Shown here: positions 59,443 through 64,000 of the stretch, one piece after another | How positions within the stretch are numbered: the stretch's first letter is position 1 | Layout of the letters: each line of letters starts with the position of its first letter | Assembly: GCA_023484515.1 (NCBI GenBank) | Contig: JAMDAY010000010.1 | Location: 5,131 to 69,130, forward strand | Source of the DNA: Patescibacteria group bacterium | Lineage (GTDB): Bacteria > Patescibacteriota > Doudnabacteria > UBA920 | DNA: 64,000 nt | Direction: 5' to 3' | The notes under the pieces: generated by a model | What the model was told of the DNA's origin: nothing | Database searches by the model: none | What the model saw: the letters and a program-made list of their open reading frames with translations, nothing else | Translations under genes and position numbers: made by a program

Positions 59443-59997
59443 ATGGGGACGATTTCCACAAAAAATAAAATTTTCATAGCCTTGGCCGTCTGGCTGATAG
59501 CCTGCGCCAGCATGTTCGGGTATTTTTTCAATATTTTAAGCCATTCCAACGGCATCCTCCTGAGTGATATTAAAAGCAAGAACAAGGAAAAAGAAGTGCT
59601 GGCAAACGAACAAGACAGTTATTTGACGGCAAAGAAAGACGTGGAAACTTTGAGGGGAAAGGCAGTCCAGCCTGAAGATTTTTTCAGCAAAGATGTCGCC
59701 CTGGTTGAGGAAATTAGGACTTTGGAAAATTTGGGCGAGCGGCTGGGGGTAAAGTTTTCCCTGTCAGGCATTAGCGGCACGGTGGGGAGCGCCCCCAAGG
59801 CGCCCACGGTTTCCAGCATTGCCTCCGTCCCTTACAGCCTTAGCATAAGCGGGGACTTTACCTCGGCTACGGCATTTATTGAATCACTGGAGCATTTAAG
59901 CTTTGTCACTTATCCCCGGGACCTTTCCGTGACTTCCGGGGGGTCCGGCACGGTTAACGTTTCCTTAACCGCAAATTTTTATTTGCAGAAACCTTAA
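59443..59997 (+). CDS. pilO: PilO-like bitopic pilus assembly protein
   Basis: N-terminal TM and a coiled-coil segment; called from position in the operon. Confidence 0.55.
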   Translation: MGTISTKNKIFIALAVWLIACASMFGYFFNILSHSNGILLSDIKSKNKEKEVLANEQDSYLTAKKDVETLRGKAVQPEDFFSKDVALVEEIRTLENLGERLGVKFSLSGISGTVGSAPKAPTVSSIASVPYSLSISGDFTSATAFIESLEHLSFVTYPRDLSVTSGGSGTVNVSLTANFYLQKP

Positions 59998-60002
59998 GGC
60001 TT

Positions 60003-60320
60003 ATGGAACTTTTGGAAAAATTAAAAAGTTTGCGGGTTAGGCCGTCGGGTATGACCCAAAATTACGCCGGTTTTTTGCTGGGCGCGCTGCTGCTGGTTTT
60101 ACTGGCGGCGGAAGGGATGGTAATAAAGCGCAGCATTGTTGACATAATGTCCATTGGCCAGATAGAAGGGCAAGTTAACAGGATCCAGGTGGTCAGGGTA
60201 AATTTTGACGGTTACAATTACGACCTGCAGAGGATCAAGGGCTCGGAAACCTACAGCCCGTCCCTAAAACCTTTACCTGACCCCTTTAACGCGGCGGCGG
60301 ACGTTACGGGCGGGGAATAG
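60003..60320 (+). CDS. hypothetical small membrane protein (possibly PilP-like)
   Basis: Single TM LLGALLLVLLAA; last gene before the terminator. Confidence 0.45.
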   Translation: MELLEKLKSLRVRPSGMTQNYAGFLLGALLLVLLAAEGMVIKRSIVDIMSIGQIEGQVNRIQVVRVNFDGYNYDLQRIKGSETYSPSLKPLPDPFNAAADVTGGE

Positions 60321-60345
60321 CTTTTCCGCCAGCATGAGCGCTTAT

Positions 60346-60384
60346 GGGCGCCTTCCCGTTGCGGGAAGGCGCTTGCCTTTTTGC
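60346..60384 (+). terminator. rho-independent terminator (GGGCGCCTTCCCG-TTG-CGGGAAGGCGC followed by TTGCCTTTTTG)
   Basis: Read directly, at the end of the pil operon. Confidence 0.65.
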
Positions 60385-60570
60385 CTCCCATTGGGGTCTG
60401 CTCGGAATTCTTAAATTTCGCCTTAAAAGCGCATTCGGCAACAGACCCATTGGAAAAATTCAGGCCGGTTGGATATAATATAGGTAGTTTTACATCCAGC
60501 TTAATCGGATATAGCCCTGCCGCCGGCCCCGGACCGCAGGGCTGCGGGGATTCTTCCCGCCACATTTTTT

Positions 60571-60647
60571 GACCTCGTAGCTCATTTGGATAGAGCGCTT
60601 GGCTTCGAACCAAGAGGCAGCAGGTTCAAATCCTGCCGAGGTCACCA
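60571..60647 (+). tRNA. tRNA-Arg (anticodon TCG), CCA encoded
   Basis: Manual cloverleaf: acceptor GACCTCG/CGAGGTC, D-arm GCTC-ATTTGGATA-GAGC, anticodon stem CTTGG/CCAAG with loop CTTCGAA, T-arm GCAGG-TTCAAAT-CCTGC. 77 nt. Confidence 0.9.
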
Positions 60648-60739
60648 AATGCGGCGGGGTGAAGCCTTGCCGGGCGCACTGCGAATCGCTTCCCGTCTTC
60701 ATCGGGCCGGATATGTGCCGCGGCAATAATTTCTAAAAT

Positions 60740-61186
60740 TTGGCTAATATGGTTTATATTATTATCCCGTTCCTCGTTTGCCTCTTGACTCATTTGGTCA
60801 AATTTTTAATCAGGCTTTATCGTGGCTGCGGCTTTTCCAAGCAAAGTTTTGCCTGGTCGTTCTTTTGGGCTGGCGGCCCGCCGAGCGTGCATTTGGCAAC
60901 CTTAAGCTCCATCGCCTATTTGTTTTATCTAAAGCTGGGGGTGGGCCCCTTATTCGCCCTAACGATCATTTTGGCCGCGTTTGTTATTTATGGGTTTGTG
61001 GAAGACAGAAAGCGCCAGTTGCTTTTTGAAGGATATTTAAAAAAAAGCCAAGATCCGGCAATCCGGGCAATAGCCAGGGACGGAAAGCTGCTGGATTTTA
61101 GCGGCCACAGCATTGTTGATGTATTATTAGGCGCGGCTTTTGGTTTAGTATTTACGATTTTAATGACGCAGGTTATGCGGCTGTAA
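60740..61186 (+). CDS. divergent PAP2-family membrane protein (DUF212-like)
   Basis: GGPPSVHLATLSSIAY and DFSGHSIVDVLLGAAFG match the divergent-PAP2 His-containing motifs. Confidence 0.65.
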   Translation: MANMVYIIIPFLVCLLTHLVKFLIRLYRGCGFSKQSFAWSFFWAGGPPSVHLATLSSIAYLFYLKLGVGPLFALTIILAAFVIYGFVEDRKRQLLFEGYLKKSQDPAIRAIARDGKLLDFSGHSIVDVLLGAAFGLVFTILMTQVMRL

Positions 61187-61257
61187 TTCAACAGGAAATT
61201 TAGTTGTAAATACACAAAAGAGAAAAAGGCACCAGACAAGCTGATACCTTTTTCCCT

Positions 61258-61333
61258 TGGTGGGTCGGGTGGGGATCGAACCCACGACCGTTTGCTTAAG
61301 AGGCAACTGCTCTACCAACTGAGCTACCGACCC
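61258..61333 (-). tRNA. tRNA-Lys (anticodon CTT), CCA encoded
   Basis: The reverse complement GGGTCGGTAGCTCAGTTGGTAGAGCAGTTGCCTCTTAAGCAAACGGTCGTGGGTTCGATCCCCACCCGACCCACCA gives a clean cloverleaf. The anticodon loop is CTCTTAA. Confidence 0.9.
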
Positions 61334-61396
61334 GTTTATTCAAATTTTTTCATTACATCTGATATTTTACAATAAATTGAAAATTTTATCAAGCGC

Positions 61397-62374
61397 ATGA
61401 TTTCAATTTTTCTCGGGCCTGACGATTTTACCAAGAAGGAATATATAAAATCCCTGGCTGAAAAGCAGGGGGCGGTTTTGGAGGTTTTTAGGGACGCGGA
61501 AAACGCGCCCAGGGCGGACAAGCTGGCAGAGCGGGATTTGTTCGCCAAAAAAAAGATCCTGGTGCTGGAAAATTTGCTGTCCAAATACGCGGCGGACGAA
61601 AAAATGGCGGAAAAGCTGGCTGGCTGCCCGAATGACATTATTTTCTTGGAAGAAAAATTGGACAAGCGCAGCAGCGCCAACAAAAAAATTCTCGCAAATA
61701 AATTTGTCACAACTAAAGAATTTGCCTTGCCCCACGGCAAGAATCTGGACAAATGGATAATGGAAAAGGTTAAATTTTACCAAGGTAAAATTAATCCCAA
61801 GGCTGCGGACCTGCTGGCGCGAAAACTTGGCCGCGACGAGGCGCTGGAAACCAAATTTGGCGGCAAGGTGGCGGACGTTAAAGAAGTTTACAACCTCTGG
61901 CAGGCGGACAATGAGGTTAAAAAATTACTGGCTTTAAGCGGAGGTGGGGAAATTTTGGAAAATGATATAGAAGAATTGGTGGTGGAAAACGGGGAAGTGG
62001 ATGTATTTAAGATTATCAACGCCTTGGCTGACAACAAAAAAAACTTGGCTTTGGGCCTGGTGCAGGATTTTTTGGATTCGGGCAGCGGCGACGAAAAGGC
62101 CAAAATTATCCAGCTTAACGCCCTCATTTCCGAACAGTTCCGCAACATTTTGGCAGTGCAAGATTTATTGTCCAGGAAAGTCATGGACGAAGAGATTCTA
62201 AGCCGGACTTCCTGGAAAAGCGGCAGGCTTTATGTTATGAAAAAGAACGCGGTTAAGTTTAGCCAGGTTAAGGCAAAAGAGCTGCTTGCGAAATTGGAAC
62301 ATCTGGACGAAGAGTTAAAAACCTCGGCCACGCCGCCGCGGGTGCTGCTGGACCTGATACTGGCACAGATGTGA
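61397..62374 (+). CDS. holA: DNA polymerase III subunit delta
   Basis: N-terminal IFLGPDDFTKKEYIKSL. The C-terminal region LNALISEQFRNILAVQDL...VKFSQVKAKELLAKLEHLDEELKT parallels the Bacillus HolA C-terminal domain. Confidence 0.7.
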   Translation: MISIFLGPDDFTKKEYIKSLAEKQGAVLEVFRDAENAPRADKLAERDLFAKKKILVLENLLSKYAADEKMAEKLAGCPNDIIFLEEKLDKRSSANKKILANKFVTTKEFALPHGKNLDKWIMEKVKFYQGKINPKAADLLARKLGRDEALETKFGGKVADVKEVYNLWQADNEVKKLLALSGGGEILENDIEELVVENGEVDVFKIINALADNKKNLALGLVQDFLDSGSGDEKAKIIQLNALISEQFRNILAVQDLLSRKVMDEEILSRTSWKSGRLYVMKKNAVKFSQVKAKELLAKLEHLDEELKTSATPPRVLLDLILAQM

Positions 62375-62421
62375 TTGACGTTATAAAACATGAAGGGTGC
62401 TTTCCGGGAATATATGACAGT

Positions 62422-62515
62422 GATGACGCACATCTGGGATAAGCGGTCTTTAGATTGCCGGATAAGAATTATCATCAACCAAACTTAAGGAAAATTGTTC
62501 CAGATGTGCGTTATC
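62422..62515. repeat. MITE-like element copy 3 (inverted relative to copy 2)
   Basis: Terminal repeats GATGACGCACATCTGGGA / TTCCAGATGTGCGTTATC. The core is about 90% identical to the reverse complement of 18086-18179. It lies between the convergent holA and typA ends. Confidence 0.7.
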
Positions 62516-62580
62516 TCCCAAGGGAAACTTTAAGTCCCTATCCAATAAAAAACCAGCCATTGGCTGGTTTTTACTTAAAA

Positions 62581-64000
62581 TTATGCGTTGGTTTTTTCCC
62601 CGCGCCGGATTTTTTTGCGCTCAATGGAGGAAAGAATTTTCTTGCGGATGCGTACGGACAAAGGGGTAACTTCCACCAGTTCGTCGGGGCCAATGTATTC
62701 CAGAGCAAGATCCAAACCCATTTCCCGGGGAGGGGTTAAAATAAGGGCTTCGTCAGCGCCTTTTGAGCGCATGTTGGAAAGCTTTTTGGTTTTGCAGACA
62801 TTTATTTCCAAATCGGTATCCAAGGCGTTTTTACCAACCACCATGCCCTCGTACACTTCCACAGCCGGGCCGATAAATAAGGCGCCCCGTTCCTGGGCGT
62901 TGTTAAGCCCGTAAGCGTTGGAAACGCCGCTTTCCGCGGAAATTAAGGAGCCATGCTCGTTGCCCCGCAAGTCTATATCGTGCACCGGCTTATAAGAATT
63001 GAAGATATTATTTATAATTACCGTGCCCCTGGTGCGGGTTAAGAGCAGGTTTTTCAGGCCAATCAGCCCGCGGGTGGGGATTAAATATTCCGCATGGATT
63101 TCCCCGGAGGCGTCGGAATCCATGTGCAATAATTGCCCGCCCCGTTTTCCCAATTCCTCGATAATTACTCCCTGGTGTTCGCTGGGGACGTCAATGGTTA
63201 CGTCTTCGTAAGGCTCAAGTTTTTTTCCGTTTTCCTCGTGGTAGATTACCTCAGGCTGGCTCACTTGCAGTTCAAACCCTTCGCGCCTCATCGTTTCAAC
63301 TAAAACCGCCAAATGCAGTTCGCCGCGTCCGGAAACCAAAAACGAATCACTGCCTTGTTCCAGGCCTTCCACTTTCAAGGCCACGTTGGTTTCCAGTTCC
63401 TTAATAAGGCGGTCACGCAAATTGCGGGAAGTGACGAATTTTCCTTCGCGCCCGGCAAACGGGGAAGTGTTGACGCCAAAAGTCATCTTAATGGTCGGCG
63501 GCTCAATTTCCACGGGCGGCAAAGTTTGGGGATTTTGCGGATCGGTTAAAACGTCGCCAATATGGATGTCGTCAAAGCCGCCGATTGCTACGATATCACC
63601 AGCCACGGCTTCCGGCACATCAACTTGCTTTAAACCTTCGTACATCTGTAAAGAGGTAACGCGGGAAACGGTTCCTGTAGGGGAGGGTCTTGACCCTCCC
63701 TTATCAACGGGCGACTCAAGAGCCGTCCCTGCATTAGCCTTAATTAGCATGGCGTTTTGCGCCTGGCTGATTTTTCCGGCCTGGATTTTGCCAATTCCCA
63801 ACCGGCCTTTGTAATTGTCGTAAGCCAAAGCCAAAACCTGTAAGGCAAAAGGGTCGTCCGGCTGCACTTCGGGAGCGGGAATGTGTTGGATAATGGCTTC
63901 AAACAGGGGAGAGACGTCGGGGGATTTAAGATTTAAGATTGAAGATTTAAGATTTTCCAAATCATCATCAGCCAAACCGCGCACACCGCTGGCGTAAATA
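62581..64000 (-). CDS. typA: translational GTPase TypA/BipA, C-terminal two-thirds (5' end beyond window)
   Basis: Collinear with BipA from PLFEAIIQHIPAP through VNTSPFAGREGKFVTSRNLRDRL and SGRGELHLAVLVETMRREGFEL to the C-terminal ELVEVTP. The frame is open to the window edge. It contains two in-frame inserts, described in findings. Confidence 0.9.
   Translation of the reverse strand, partial: IYASGVRGLADDDLENLKSSILNLKSPDVSPLFEAIIQHIPAPEVQPDDPFALQVLALAYDNYKGRLGIGKIQAGKISQAQNAMLIKANAGTALESPVDKGGSRPSPTGTVSRVTSLQMYEGLKQVDVPEAVAGDIVAIGGFDDIHIGDVLTDPQNPQTLPPVEIEPPTIKMTFGVNTSPFAGREGKFVTSRNLRDRLIKELETNVALKVEGLEQGSDSFLVSGRGELHLAVLVETMRREGFELQVSQPEVIYHEENGKKLEPYEDVTIDVPSEHQGVIIEELGKRGGQLLHMDSDASGEIHAEYLIPTRGLIGLKNLLLTRTRGTVIINNIFNSYKPVHDIDLRGNEHGSLISAESGVSNAYGLNNAQERGALFIGPAVEVYEGMVVGKNALDTDLEINVCKTKKLSNMRSKGADEALILTPPREMGLDLALEYIGPDELVEVTPLSVRIRKKILSSIERKKIRRGEKTNA

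Noticed and set aside
60251-60726. ORFs 60251-60613 minus and 60490-60726 minus
   Set aside because: They overlap the pil terminator and the well-formed tRNA-Arg gene. Spurious.

Overview
This 64 kb window is gene-dense and almost entirely on the + strand. It reads like an uncultivated small-genome (CPR/Patescibacteria-like) bacterium; that placement is inference from gene content only.

Layout, start to end:
- **1-9.1 kb:** 3' end of metK, then a sugar-phosphate block (fused transketolase, GlpX, class I FBA, LOG-family protein, transaldolase) interleaved with hypothetical ORFs.
- **9.1-9.4 kb:** tRNA-Pro(TGG) on the minus strand, then a repeat element.
- **9.4-17.9 kb:** a perfect consensus sigma70 promoter followed by about 640 nt of non-coding leader; a 1168-aa Ser/Thr/Gly-rich secreted S-layer-like protein; a TPR protein; a HepT/MNT toxin-antitoxin pair; a Wzy_C(O-antigen-ligase/PglL-like)+TPR membrane protein.
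- **18.2-54.5 kb:** a roughly 36 kb glycan locus with GT4, gmd and fcl (GDP-fucose), Wzm/Wzt ABC exporter, PseB/PseC/cytidylyltransferase/two NeuB-family synthases plus the WbuX/HisH/HisF amidotransfer triad (amidino-nonulosonic acid), FdtA/aminotransferase/RfbC (dTDP-amino-dideoxyhexose), UDP-xylose synthase, six SAM methyltransferases, several GTs and a WbaP-like initiating phosphotransferase.
- **54.7-60.3 kb:** a type IV pilus operon, pilB-pilC-pilM-pilN-pilO.
- **60.6-64 kb:** tRNA-Arg(TCG), a divergent PAP2 protein, tRNA-Lys(CTT) on the minus strand, holA, and the 3' part of typA/bipA on the minus strand.

The most interesting signal is an apparent surface-protein O-glycosylation system plus several repeat layers:
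- a MITE-like 94-100 bp element in three copies;
- twin perfect 34-nt palindromes bracketing a PaaX-like gene;
- an inverted-repeat-flanked GxxExxY cassette sitting between wzm and wzt;
- AAGATTGA-type oligo tandem repeats that run in-frame through several CDSs;
- GC-rich palindromic in-frame inserts in tal and typA.

The nonulosonic-acid module sits in a visibly low-GC island; GC values quoted are by-eye estimates. No CRISPR array, rRNA or classical transposase was seen.
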